Shown: positions 40,318 to 49,869 of the stretch, one piece after another
Position numbering within the stretch: the first letter of the stretch is position 1
Layout of the letters: each line of letters starts with the position of its first letter
NCBI GenBank assembly: GCA_963850655.1
Contig: CAWKMI010000017.1
Span: forward strand, 125,195-189,194
Length of the DNA: 64,000 nt
Reading direction: 5' to 3'
Source: an uncultured Gemmatimonadales bacterium
GTDB taxonomy: Bacteria > Gemmatimonadota > Gemmatimonadetes > Gemmatimonadales > GWC2-71-9
The notes under the pieces: model-generated
Database searches by the model: none
What the model saw: the letters and a program-made list of their open reading frames with translations, nothing else
What the model was told of the DNA's origin: nothing
Program-made: the position numbers and the translations under genes

Positions 40318-42219
40318 ATGCCTGATCGCACACTCCCTGTGGCTCTCTCCCGCTTCGCGGCAAGCCTCGGCGCCCTCATGCTCACGCTGGTTGCGGTGAC
40401 TCCGGCCCACGCGCAGGCCAAGGCGGTTCCCGTCTTCGAGAACGGCCAAGCGCAAGTGGTTCCGGCGTTCGCCGACACCACCAAGTGGGTCCGCCAGGAA
40501 CTCTGGGTCGAGACCGACTTCGATTCCGACATGGACGGCAAGAAGGACCGGGTGCATGTCGATGTCACGCGACCGGGCCCGACGGAGACAGAGGGACTGA
40601 AGGTCCCCGTGATCTTCGCCTCCTCACCGTACTTTGCCGGCACCGGCAGCTCCACCATCGGTTTCTGGGACGTGAAGTCGGATCTCGGCTTCGGGTTCAC
40701 GTCGCGCACACCGATGCCGGTGATCCCCTTCAAGCCGGTTCGGCCAGAGATCTCCACCGCCGAAGTCCGAACCTGGGTGCCGCGTGGTTTTGCGGTGGTC
40801 CATTCCGAAGCACCGGGCACGGGCCTTTCGCAGGGCTGCCCGACCGTCGGCGGGCACCCCGAGGAGTACGCGCCGAAGGCGGTCATCGATTGGCTCAATG
40901 GCCGCGCCAAAGGCTACACCACGGAGACGGGCAACACCGAGGTCAAGGCGACCTGGACGACGGGCAAGGTGGGGATGACAGGAACCTCATACAATGGAAC
41001 GCTGCCGCTCGCCGCTGCGACCACCGGGGTCAAGGGGCTCGAGGCGATCATCCCGATCTCGCCCAACACCTCCTACTACCACTACTACCGCAGCAACGGC
41101 CTGGTGCGCTCACCGGGGGGCTACCTCGGCGAAGATGTCAGCGTCCTATACGATTTCGTTCACAGTGGCGACCCCGCCGTGCGTCCCCGCTGTGATTCAC
41201 TGATCCGTGATGGCCTCTTCGCCAAGTACGACGACCGCGCCACCGGTGACTACAGCAGTTTCTGGGCCGATCGCGACCTGCTGCCGAAAGTGAAGAACAT
41301 CAAGGCAGCCGTGTTGCTGGCGCATGGGATTAACGATTACAACGTGGTGCCCGAGCACTCGACCAGGATCTATGAGGAACTCAAGAAGGAACACAAGCCG
41401 GCCATGCTCTACCTGCATCAAGGTGGCCATGGTGGCCCACCCCCAATGGAAGTGATGAACAAGTGGTGGAGCCACTACCTCTACGGCATCAACAACGGCA
41501 TCGACACCGCGCCCCGCGCGCTGATCGTGCGTGAAGGCGGCGGGCGGGGAACTCCGCCGACGGCCTATGCCGACTATCCGATCCCCGGCACGGCAGCGGT
41601 GGTGTTGCATCCCTCCTCAGACGGCAACGGGGTCGGCTCCCTCGGGACCGCTGCCCCGATGGGCAAGCAGGGCAACCAGAAATTGGTCGACGATGTGCAG
41701 TACAGCGTTTCGAGGTTGGCAGCTGCTGAAAGCTCTCCAAACCGTCTGCTCTATGCGACGCCGGTGCTGACCGATTCCCTCCACCTTTCGGGCTATCCGA
41801 CCGTGACGATCCGCCTTGCTTCGAGCAAACCCGCGGCGAATCTCACGGTCTATCTGGTCACTTTGCCCTTCGATTCCACGCGTCTCAATCGGGACGGCGG
41901 AGTGGCAGGAGAAGTCGATCGCGGCTGGGCTGACCCGCAGAACTCGGCGCAGCTCAGGAAGGGTGGCAACTACGATTCGAAGGGACATGGCAAGCCGCTC
42001 GAACCGGGGAAGTTCGTCACGGTCACGTTCGACCTGCAGCCGACCGACAAGATCGTCCCGTCGGGGAAGCGCCTCGCCCTGATGATCATGTCGAGTGATC
42101 GCGAGTTCACCCTCTGGCCGAAGGCGGGGACGGAACTGACCGTCGACCTCGACGGGACGTCGATTTCGCTGCCGGTGCTCGGCGGCGAGGCGGCGATGAG
42201 GAAGGCGATGGGGAACTAG
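40318..42219 (+). CDS. S15-family Xaa-Pro dipeptidyl-peptidase (PepX-like), secreted
   Basis: Start at MPDRTLPVALSRFAASLGALMLTLVAVTPAHAQA (ATG 40318). Nucleophile elbow GMTGTSYNG. AIIPISPNTSYYHYYRSNG. C-terminal beta-sandwich domain. Confidence 0.8.
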   Translation: MPDRTLPVALSRFAASLGALMLTLVAVTPAHAQAKAVPVFENGQAQVVPAFADTTKWVRQELWVETDFDSDMDGKKDRVHVDVTRPGPTETEGLKVPVIFASSPYFAGTGSSTIGFWDVKSDLGFGFTSRTPMPVIPFKPVRPEISTAEVRTWVPRGFAVVHSEAPGTGLSQGCPTVGGHPEEYAPKAVIDWLNGRAKGYTTETGNTEVKATWTTGKVGMTGTSYNGTLPLAAATTGVKGLEAIIPISPNTSYYHYYRSNGLVRSPGGYLGEDVSVLYDFVHSGDPAVRPRCDSLIRDGLFAKYDDRATGDYSSFWADRDLLPKVKNIKAAVLLAHGINDYNVVPEHSTRIYEELKKEHKPAMLYLHQGGHGGPPPMEVMNKWWSHYLYGINNGIDTAPRALIVREGGGRGTPPTAYADYPIPGTAAVVLHPSSDGNGVGSLGTAAPMGKQGNQKLVDDVQYSVSRLAAAESSPNRLLYATPVLTDSLHLSGYPTVTIRLASSKPAANLTVYLVTLPFDSTRLNRDGGVAGEVDRGWADPQNSAQLRKGGNYDSKGHGKPLEPGKFVTVTFDLQPTDKIVPSGKRLALMIMSSDREFTLWPKAGTELTVDLDGTSISLPVLGGEAAMRKAMGN

Positions 42220-42257
42220 CCACGACGGTCGCCGCGGCTCGGCGCTGTTGCTGAAGC

Positions 42258-42291
42258 GACCCGGGCTCCCCGCCAGTGGGGAGCCCGGGTC
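42258..42291. terminator. Bidirectional intrinsic-terminator-like hairpin between convergent pepX-like and GH78 genes
   Basis: Perfect 14-bp GC-rich stem gacccgggctcccc / ggggagcccgggtc with a 6-nt loop (gccagt), followed by atttc. It lies in the 75-nt convergent intergenic gap. Confidence 0.6.
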
Positions 42292-42294
42292 ATT

Positions 42295-45048
42295 TCAACG
42301 GCTCACACGAAACGCATACCTTCCTGATCCGATCTCGAGCACGAGATCATCGCCCACCTGACGAATGCCGCGAACCCCCGCCATCCGGTCGAGCGGCTCC
42401 CCGCTCTCCCGCACACCGTCCGGCGTCGTGCCGAGTAGCGTGACCGAGGCCGATGTGTTCGCGGGCACTTCGACGTCCAGTTCGAACGTCGTGCCATCGA
42501 TTCGCCACGAACTGGACAGCAGGCCGTAGCCGGTCTTCAGGGAGGCGCGAGCACTCGTCAGGCCGCCCCCGGGCCGTGGGGCGATGATGGCGTGCTTGTA
42601 CCCCGGCGCTGCCGGGTCGAGATCAATGCCGCCGATGGTGCGATACATCCAGTCACCAATCGCGCCAAACGCGTAGTGGTTGAAGGAGTTCATCGAGACC
42701 TCCTCGAACGACCCATCCGGCTTGATCCCATCCCACCGCTCCCACATTGTCGTCGCGCCGCGCGTGATCGGATAGAGCCACGACGGGTAGCCCTTCTGCA
42801 GCAGGAGCTTGTAGGCCGCTTCGAAACGTCCATGCGTCGAGAGTGCCGTGGTCAGTTCAGGGGTGCCGAGAAACCCTGTGGTCAGGTGACCATCGTGCCG
42901 GGCGATGTCATCGACGAGGCGCTGGGTGGCACGCGCCTCTTCCGCGGGCTCCAACAGCCCGAAATCGAGCGCCAGCGCGTAGGCGGTCTGGGTATTCTCC
43001 GCCACCCGGCCATTCGGTGAGACGAACTCCTTCGGAACGCCGCGCGCACGGCGGCGAACATTGCCCGATACTCGCGCGCCTCGGCGTCCCTGCCGAGCAC
43101 CGTGGCCGCCTTTGCTACGAGGTCGGCCGAGTGGGCGAGATAGGCCGTCGCGATGAAGTCCTTCCCCGTGGTGGCGCCGGGATACGAAGCGTCATCACTG
43201 TGCCAGGCGAGCCAGTCGCCGAAGTGATCGCCCTTGCGCCAGATCAGGTCCGGGCCGGTCTGCCGCCGGGCGTAATCGACCCATTTCCGCATGCTCGCGA
43301 ACTGTCGTTCAAGCACGCCGCGATCGCCGTAGGCGAGATACATCGTCCAGGGAACCACCGTCGACGCGTCGGCCCAGCCAGCAGCCGCGGCATAGCGCAC
43401 CGAATCGCCGCCGAGTGGATTGGGGATCACCCAGGGCACGCGAGCCTCCCGGATGTTGGTCGAGGGCGAGGTCGCCAAGCCACTTCGCGAAGAAGCCAGA
43501 GACGTTCATGTTGAACGCCGCGGTCCGCGCAAAGACCTGGGCATCGCCGGTCCACCCGAGTCGCTCGTCGCGCTGAGGGCAATCAGTGGGAACATCGAGG
43601 AAGTTGCCGCGCTGGCCCCAGACGATGTTCTGCTGCAGCTTGTTGAGCATCGAGTCGGACGTCTCGAATGTTCCCGTCTGTTCGAGATCCGAATGCACGA
43701 CGATTCCGGTGATCATGTCGATCGTCGGCGGACTGGGCAGGCCTGCAACGGCCACGTATCGAAAACCGTGGAAGGTGAAGTGGGGTTCGTAGATCTCCTC
43801 CCCGGCGCCCTTGAGCGTGTAGTGGTCGGTCTGGTAGGCGGCCCGAAGATTCTCGGTATAGAGGTTGCCGGCCTGGTCGAGCACTTCGCCATGACGCAGC
43901 GTCACGGTCGTTCCGCTCGGACCGCGAACCCGCAAGCGCACCCAGCCGGTGATATTCTGGCCGAGGTCGTAGATCGTCTCTCCGGCCGGTGACTTCAGGA
44001 TTGCAACCGGCGTGACGGATTCGGTCCGGCGCACCGGCTCGCTGGCGGGGGCAACCAGCGCCGCCGGCGTCCCGTCGGCGATGGCGACCGGGGTCCACGC
44101 GCGGTCATCGAACGGCGCGGTATCCCAGCCGGCAACCTCCTTCCGGGCATCGTACGATTCACCGCGGTAGATGTCGGCGAAGGTGATCGGTCCGGTGCTC
44201 GTCTTCCAACTTCCATCGGAAACGACCCGCACGGTGTGTCCGTCCGCGAATCGAATCTCCAATTGCAGCAACAGGGCCACCTTGGTCCCGTAATCGTCCT
44301 TCCGCCCGGAGAAACCGAGATAGCCGCGATACCAGCCGTCGCCGAGGATGGCGCCGATGGCATTCACTCCCTGGGCAAGCAACGGCGTCACGTCGTAAGT
44401 CTGGTACTGCAGCCGCTGCTGGTATGAGGTCCAGCCCGGCGTGAAGAAGTCCTCACCGATGCGATGGCCGTTGAGATGCAGCTCGTAGAGCCCCCGGCTC
44501 GTGACGTAGATGCGCGCGGAGGAGATCTTCCCCTGAACGTCGATCGTGCGTCGCAGCATCAGGGATGGGGCACCGGCGGAGTCGTGGCTCGACGCCGGAG
44601 GCCCGATCCATTGTGCCGTCCAGTCGGCCCTGTTGAACAGCGCGGTCTCCCAGAACGCCGGTGCGCTCCAGGCACTGACCTTTCCCTTCCCATCCCACAC
44701 GCGCACCCGCCAGAAGTACCGGGTGCGCGATTGCAAGGCGGGGCCATCGTAGGGCTGGAAGAGCGAGGCATCGGTGGTGAGGCGACCGGAGTCCCAGAGA
44801 ATCCCTCGGGTGCCCCTGATCAGTTTGCTCGAATCGGTCGCGACCTGGATCTGATAGGCCGACTGGACCGTGTTGCGTTCGGTGCCTTCGATCCGCCAGC
44901 TGAGGCGAGGGTGGACTGCATCAGTGCCGACGGGGTTGATCCGGTATTCGTGGCGAAGCCCCGTGACGGTGAAACCGGCCTGGGCACCCACGGAAGGGCG
45001 AGCCCCAACTGAGACGAGGGTCAGGAGCGTAGCGACCCGGGAAATCAT
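42295..45048 (-). pseudogene. GH78 alpha-L-rhamnosidase, frameshifted between ~42900 and ~43500
   Basis: ORF 43309..45564 is authentic from MISRVATLLTLVSVGARPSVGAQAGFTVTGLRHEYRINPVGTDAVHPRLSWRI (ATG 45048). The middle is in 42882..43478 (WADASTVVPWTMYLAYGD) and the C-terminus in 42295..43005 (YPSWLYPITRGATTMWERWDG). Confidence 0.8.
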
Positions 45049-45178
45049 GGGCCAGCACAGGTAGGGCATCAGAGGACCCGAGGTGGAGGAATAGGGAAAA
45101 CTATACCCCACTCGATCGCCTTGGCGGCCGGTGACCGGGACCAAACCAAAGGCGAACCCCGACGGATGCGGTGGCTCA

Positions 45179-45559
45179 CTATCCGGTTGGATGTTCCGCC
45201 AACGAGAGGATGTTTCCGTCCGGATCCTTGAACCACGCGATCCTGGCCCCACCGGGCGCGCTCCAGATGCCCAGCGCGTCCTGCTCCATGAACGAGTAGC
45301 GCTCGAACGATACTCCCCGGGTGGACAGGGCCATGACGACCTCGCTGATGTTGGGGACCCGCCAGCCCAGGAGGGTATAAGCGGCGGGGTGCACCACCGT
45401 GACTTTCTGGATGCGAAGCATGGTGCCGTTGGCGTCGAAGGCGAGGGCGAATTCATCCTCGGAGACAAGGTGGAGGCCGAGCGTGCCTTGGTAGAACTGG
45501 CGGGCACGATCGGGTTGAGCAGTGGCCGCAAAGGCTGCCAGGTGTGCTGAGCCGAGCAT
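45179..45559 (-). CDS. VOC / glyoxalase-family protein
   Basis: Start at MLGSAHLAAFAATAQPDRARQFYQGTLGL (ATG 45559). Ends with IAWFKDPDGNILSL, the typical VOC beta-alpha-beta-beta-beta module ending. Confidence 0.7.
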   Translation of the reverse strand: MLGSAHLAAFAATAQPDRARQFYQGTLGLHLVSEDEFALAFDANGTMLRIQKVTVVHPAAYTLLGWRVPNISEVVMALSTRGVSFERYSFMEQDALGIWSAPGGARIAWFKDPDGNILSLAEHPTG

Positions 45560-45592
45560 GGCACCCTCCCTCAATGTGACTCGCGCCCCGGG

Positions 45593-46168
45593 CTACGCCG
45601 GGCGCTGCGACGGAATTCGCAGGCCGGCGGCCGAACTGGCGATCAGGACCTTCAGTCGCCGAAGTCGCGTCTCTTCACGCTTGGCGCTCATCACCCAGTA
45701 CGTGGCCAAGCGCCGATAGGACGGCGCTTCCTGCTGGAAGCACTTCCAGGCAGCCCGGTTAGTACGCAGTTCTTTTCGGAACTCGGGAGCAAGCGCGACA
45801 GCCGCTCGCTCGAATGCGTAGATCCCGGTCCGCGACTCATCGCGGGCCGCGAATGCGGCCTCCCCTGCCCTGGCCATCCTCCCCGCCCGCTGCAATCGTT
45901 CGACATGCGCAACATTCACCCGGCTCCAGATACTCCGCGGCTTCCGGGGCGTGAAGCGGATCGAGAAGGAGTCGGCATCGAGTCGCCGGCGAATGCCGTC
46001 GATCCAGCCGTAGCAGAGCGCCTCGTCGAGGGCCTGAGAATAGACCACGCCCTTCTCGGCAGCGTGGACCCGGTAGATACGTACGATGAGTTCAGTGGCT
46101 GATTTGTGATTCGCGCGGAGCCAGCGACGGAAGGCCGCCGGGGTCTTGAAGGCGACGGGCTCGCTCAC
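45593..46168 (-). CDS. YdeI/OmpD-associated family protein
   Basis: The GTG ~46168 overlaps the upstream stop as GTGA. Family-typical segments: FKTPAAFRRWLRANH, YSQALDEALCYGWIDGIRRRLD, RFTPRKPRSIWSRVN. Confidence 0.65.
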   Translation of the reverse strand: MSEPVAFKTPAAFRRWLRANHKSATELIVRIYRVHAAEKGVVYSQALDEALCYGWIDGIRRRLDADSFSIRFTPRKPRSIWSRVNVAHVERLQRAGRMARAGEAAFAARDESRTGIYAFERAAVALAPEFRKELRTNRAAWKCFQQEAPSYRRLATYWVMSAKREETRLRRLKVLIASSAAGLRIPSQRPA

Positions 46169-47868
46169 GTGCCGTACCCGATCAAGGCGGCGCGCAGTCG
46201 CTGGTGCTTCTGCAGCAGCCGGAGATATCGGGCTTCGTCGTGGCCGGCCTTGGCGCGAATGATCCGCGCCGCGAGCTGCTTCTCCTCCGCGCCCCAGCGC
46301 CTGATGCCGGGAATCATCGCCAGAACCAGCGCCAGTCCTTCGAAAATCCGCAGTCGTGGTGCATCCCACCGGCTGGTGTCGAGATCGAGCACGCGCTCGA
46401 TGAATGCAGAGGACTGAGAGCGCAGCACCCGGGCCTCGCCGGCGAATTCGCGCGCCATCCGGCGCTGGACAGCAAGACCGATGTTACGGACCTCGAAGTG
46501 ATCCCATTGGCCGGCCTTTGCCGGACTTCCGGGCTGTGACAGGTCGAGCAGCATGTGGCCGTGAGCCAGCTTCCTCAGCGTGCGCGCCGGCGTGCGGTAG
46601 CCGCGCCCTGCAGCGATCCGCCGTTCTTCTGCCAGCGTGAGTTCAAGCAGATCAGGCTGGACGGGACGGAAGCCCAACTTCCGGTAGAACCAGAACGCGC
46701 CTGATTCAATCCCTTCCTCGTTCTCGTGGCCGACCTGATAGGGATCGAGGGAGAAGACCGTCACGCCCAGGAGTTGCTGCATCAGGTGCAGCACCTTGCC
46801 GAAGAGCCACGCGGTCTCGCCGTCGCGGAAGGTGTAGTAGAGGTTGAATCCGCTCTCCAGGCGCTCGCAGATCGACAGCCCCTCGAAGTACGCCACCGGT
46901 ACGCCATTCTTGAAGATCAGCGCCGCGTGGTAGGCACGCAGCGGCAGGCGGTGTTCCGGCGGCACGCCGAACAGGAAGGCCTCGGTACCACGCCCGAAGC
47001 TGGCCTTGAGGACTCGATCGGAGTCGCCGCAGGTAAAGCCATGCAACTCGCGATAGCGGACGGCAGAGGTTTCGCGCGCCAGCGTCAGAATCCTGGCTCC
47101 TGCCGCGCGCGACATCTTCTCAATCGGGATGGGAGGTGAAGCCAGTTCATCCGCCAACGAGACGTCACGACGCAGAATGAGCGGAGTCCGGTGATAGTAG
47201 ACCCTTGGCACGGGCTGCTTCATTCCGGTGCGCGACGCCCGGAAACCGAATCGCCACGTCACGTGCAGCTTCAGCGAGTCGTACAGCTCGGCCTTGGCCC
47301 GGTCGGGCATCTGCAGCGAGTCGAACTGCCCGATCAGCCAGGCGAGGTCGTTCCGGCGACCGGTGGCCGCCCGCACCCAGTCGTGGTAGGGAACGTGGGC
47401 CTCGACCATGGCGTCTTCGTCCAGCAGAGGCAGGAAACGCGGCATCGTGGCGCCGAAGCGTTCCTCCTCCTCGAACCACTCCCAGTCGATCGCCAGCTGT
47501 CGCGGATAGTTTGCGACCAGCCAGCGCACGATTGAGTAGCTGAAGTTGCTGGTAACGGAGGTTCCGGCGATGCCTGAGGCCTCGACCTCATCGAGCGGGA
47601 CAAGATCCTCTCCGGAAGCGCGGAGCCTGGCGACCCTCGACTCGAATGACTCCAGGGCGTGCTCGACCTGGCGCAGGACGCGTGCGCTGGTCGGATAGGC
47701 ACGAAGAAACAGCAACGCCTCGTGGAAACGGATCAGGGAGTCCGCGTCGGAGAGGGTTGCGCGTGACAGCGCCGTCAACGCGCGCAGGACCTTCGCGTCG
47801 CCATTGCCGGGGCGATGCTTCCGCGCTTCGAGTCCGGCGAGGTGCTCGAGGGATGACGTGGTTGTCAT
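46165..47868 (-). CDS. Conserved hypothetical protein (567 aa) with a GNAT-like C-terminal half
   Basis: Intact ORF with coding-like, non-repetitive composition. The only recognisable element is an acyltransferase-like beta-strand/helix region ending EEGIESGAFWFYRKLGFRP (the GNAT motif-B style FY.KLGF). The N-terminal ~330 aa are unassigned. Confidence 0.55.
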   Translation of the reverse strand: MTTTSSLEHLAGLEARKHRPGNGDAKVLRALTALSRATLSDADSLIRFHEALLFLRAYPTSARVLRQVEHALESFESRVARLRASGEDLVPLDEVEASGIAGTSVTSNFSYSIVRWLVANYPRQLAIDWEWFEEEERFGATMPRFLPLLDEDAMVEAHVPYHDWVRAATGRRNDLAWLIGQFDSLQMPDRAKAELYDSLKLHVTWRFGFRASRTGMKQPVPRVYYHRTPLILRRDVSLADELASPPIPIEKMSRAAGARILTLARETSAVRYRELHGFTCGDSDRVLKASFGRGTEAFLFGVPPEHRLPLRAYHAALIFKNGVPVAYFEGLSICERLESGFNLYYTFRDGETAWLFGKVLHLMQQLLGVTVFSLDPYQVGHENEEGIESGAFWFYRKLGFRPVQPDLLELTLAEERRIAAGRGYRTPARTLRKLAHGHMLLDLSQPGSPAKAGQWDHFEVRNIGLAVQRRMAREFAGEARVLRSQSSAFIERVLDLDTSRWDAPRLRIFEGLALVLAMIPGIRRWGAEEKQLAARIIRAKAGHDEARYLRLLQKHQRLRAALIGYGT

Positions 47869-47907
47869 GCGGAGGGAGTATGGGGCCCTGTTCGGGGATA
47901 TCGCAAC

Positions 47908-49869
47908 TCAGTCCGCCGCCGCCAGCCGGGAGAAACGACGATTGGAGTCGGGGAAGTCGACCCCCATCATCGAACCCGAGAGCAACCCCATCGAGAGCGC
48001 CACCCACCAGAGCGCAGAGGTCGGCGCGTGGAATCCGATCCCCGGCGGCTCGGAGACGAGCGTGGTGCACCACATCCCTGCCATGACCGAGGCGATGGCC
48101 AGCCACTGGTAGATGTGCAAGCCGGCGACCTGCCTGGTCTGCGGCTCCCCGCGGTAGGATTCCTCGACGAAGCGTGCCATACCCGCCAGGATGAAATAGA
48201 TCCCCAACTCCAATCCGTCGGGAGCGCCGAGAAAGCGCAGCCGCAGCAGCACGATGCCGATCACCACGTTGCTGATGATCGAATAGAGCGGCGTGGGATG
48301 GAGCGGGACACCGGCCAGGTTGGCAATCTGGGTCACCCGCGAGCGACGATGGTGGTAGCAGATGCCGACCGCGGCGCTGGTCGGCTGCCCATGGCAGCAC
48401 CCCTGGACCAGGCAGCGGAGGCGACCGATGGCCTGGATCCATGGCGCGGCGATGGCGAACGCGGCCAGCAGAGGCAGGATCGGCATGTCGAACAACGGCG
48501 CGGTGAGGCAGCCGACGAGGGCCCCCAGCACGCCGCCGTACCAGCCGAACGGCCGCAACAACTTGGACGACCCCTCCAGCGCCTGGGCCGTCAGCCCTGC
48601 CCCGAGCGTTTGCATCACGCCGACCCACGCGATGGCCACGACACCGCGAGGCCCAGTGAGCATGCCGATCATGACCGACCCGACAAAGGCGCCCGCCGCG
48701 GGATAGATCCCGTGACTGATGACGCGCACCGGACCGATCCGCCACTCCCGCCACGAATTGGCAACCCGTTCGGAGGCTCGGCGCAGCAGTTCCCAGCTCA
48801 TCCGGTAGTGCCAACACGGGAGGAAGAAGGCCACCGCGGCGACAACCTCGATGACCGTATGCTGCGCCGTCGTGAGACAACTGATCACGATCAGCGCCGC
48901 CCAACCGAGTCCGACCCATCGCCACGCCACTCGGCCAGTCGCCCGCGCGTTGGCGATCCAACCTTGCGCCGCGATCAGGGTCCAGATGACATGAAACGCC
49001 GGGAAGGCAGCAACGCCGTTCGAGTGGGCCTGCTCGACGGCGAGCAGCCGGCCCCAGATGTTGTCAGGCACAAACGGCCGGTTGGACGCGATGACCGGGA
49101 TGGTGAGCCAGACCAGTGTCACCAGAAACGTGGCGACCAGGCCACTGATCGCAAAATGCCGCAGGTCGCGTCGAGTGCGAATCAGCAGCGGCGTCAAGGG
49201 CACGAAGAGGTAGGTGCTTGCGTAGGCGAACTGGGTCGTCTGAAGAACCGGCCAACCACGCTCGAAGGGCAATGCCAGGTGAAACGCGTCGGACGTGGGC
49301 CCGAGCGCCTGTGCCGCCAGCCAGGAAAGCAGCCACGGCAGCATGACCCAGATGAAGACCGCCGCCCGATCGGTAGCCCGCACCGGGGCATCGGTGGCAG
49401 GCGGGAGCGCAAGCAGCGGGGGTTCCAGGGCTTCAGCGCCGAATCGTGCCAGGAGGGCCTGGCGCTCGTACCCGAACCAGAGCGCTGCCGCGCCAAGCGC
49501 GGCCGTGGGGGTCACCAGCCAGAGTCCGGCAGCGGATCCCGTGGCGATCGCCACGCCGGCCACAGTGAGACCGAAACCGAGATAGATCGGATTCCGGATC
49601 CAGCGGAATACACCGGAGCGGACGTGGCGTGATGGCGGGAAGGCGTTCATCGGCAGTCCGCGCCCGTGCACCATCAGCCCGCCCATCCCGGAGAGCATGA
49701 GCGCAACGCCGATCACGACAAGCGCTGCGCCAGACAAACGAGAGTGGACTGCGGTGAGCATCACCACCGGATCCAGCGCATGTGCCCAGAGCACCAGCCC
49801 GACCGGAACGATGATCACGAACACGGCACCATAGAGCGTTCGGGCGAGTATCGAGCCAGCGGTCACCAT
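47908..49869 (-). CDS. Polytopic triple-fusion membrane enzyme: PEMT/ICMT-like methyltransferase + PAP2-like + Lgt-like (prolipoprotein diacylglyceryl transferase family)
   Basis: Intact 653-aa ORF. Residues 84-98 are VRSGVFRWIRNPIYLG (ICMT/PEMT). Residues 289-293 (FPAFH) and 335-342 (AQHTVIEV) are PAP2 C2/C3-like. Residues 482-494 (GRLRCLVQGCCHG) and 524-529 (HPTPLY) are Lgt family. It is hydrophobic throughout. Confidence 0.65.
   Translation of the reverse strand: MVTAGSILARTLYGAVFVIIVPVGLVLWAHALDPVVMLTAVHSRLSGAALVVIGVALMLSGMGGLMVHGRGLPMNAFPPSRHVRSGVFRWIRNPIYLGFGLTVAGVAIATGSAAGLWLVTPTAALGAAALWFGYERQALLARFGAEALEPPLLALPPATDAPVRATDRAAVFIWVMLPWLLSWLAAQALGPTSDAFHLALPFERGWPVLQTTQFAYASTYLFVPLTPLLIRTRRDLRHFAISGLVATFLVTLVWLTIPVIASNRPFVPDNIWGRLLAVEQAHSNGVAAFPAFHVIWTLIAAQGWIANARATGRVAWRWVGLGWAALIVISCLTTAQHTVIEVVAAVAFFLPCWHYRMSWELLRRASERVANSWREWRIGPVRVISHGIYPAAGAFVGSVMIGMLTGPRGVVAIAWVGVMQTLGAGLTAQALEGSSKLLRPFGWYGGVLGALVGCLTAPLFDMPILPLLAAFAIAAPWIQAIGRLRCLVQGCCHGQPTSAAVGICYHHRRSRVTQIANLAGVPLHPTPLYSIISNVVIGIVLLRLRFLGAPDGLELGIYFILAGMARFVEESYRGEPQTRQVAGLHIYQWLAIASVMAGMWCTTLVSEPPGIGFHAPTSALWWVALSMGLLSGSMMGVDFPDSNRRFSRLAAAD

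Noticed and set aside
45049-45564. N-terminal 172-aa extension of the GH78 ORF, which overlaps the VOC gene
   Set aside because: The extension has junk composition and overlaps a well-supported gene in another frame. The signal peptide and the conserved GH78 N-terminus start at ATG 45048. The extensions of ORFs 34720..36264 and 12681..13235 are rejected for the same reason.
48028-49632. Long antisense ORFs. Examples: 48028..49632 (534 aa), 55069..56742 (557 aa), 26835..28217 (460 aa), 39199..40557 (452 aa), 60053..61366 (437 aa), 3498..4637, 2777..3742 and 791..1582.
   Set aside because: Their Arg/Gly/Pro/His-rich, motif-free translations lie opposite well-supported genes. This is the expected artefact of stop-codon scarcity in very GC-rich DNA.
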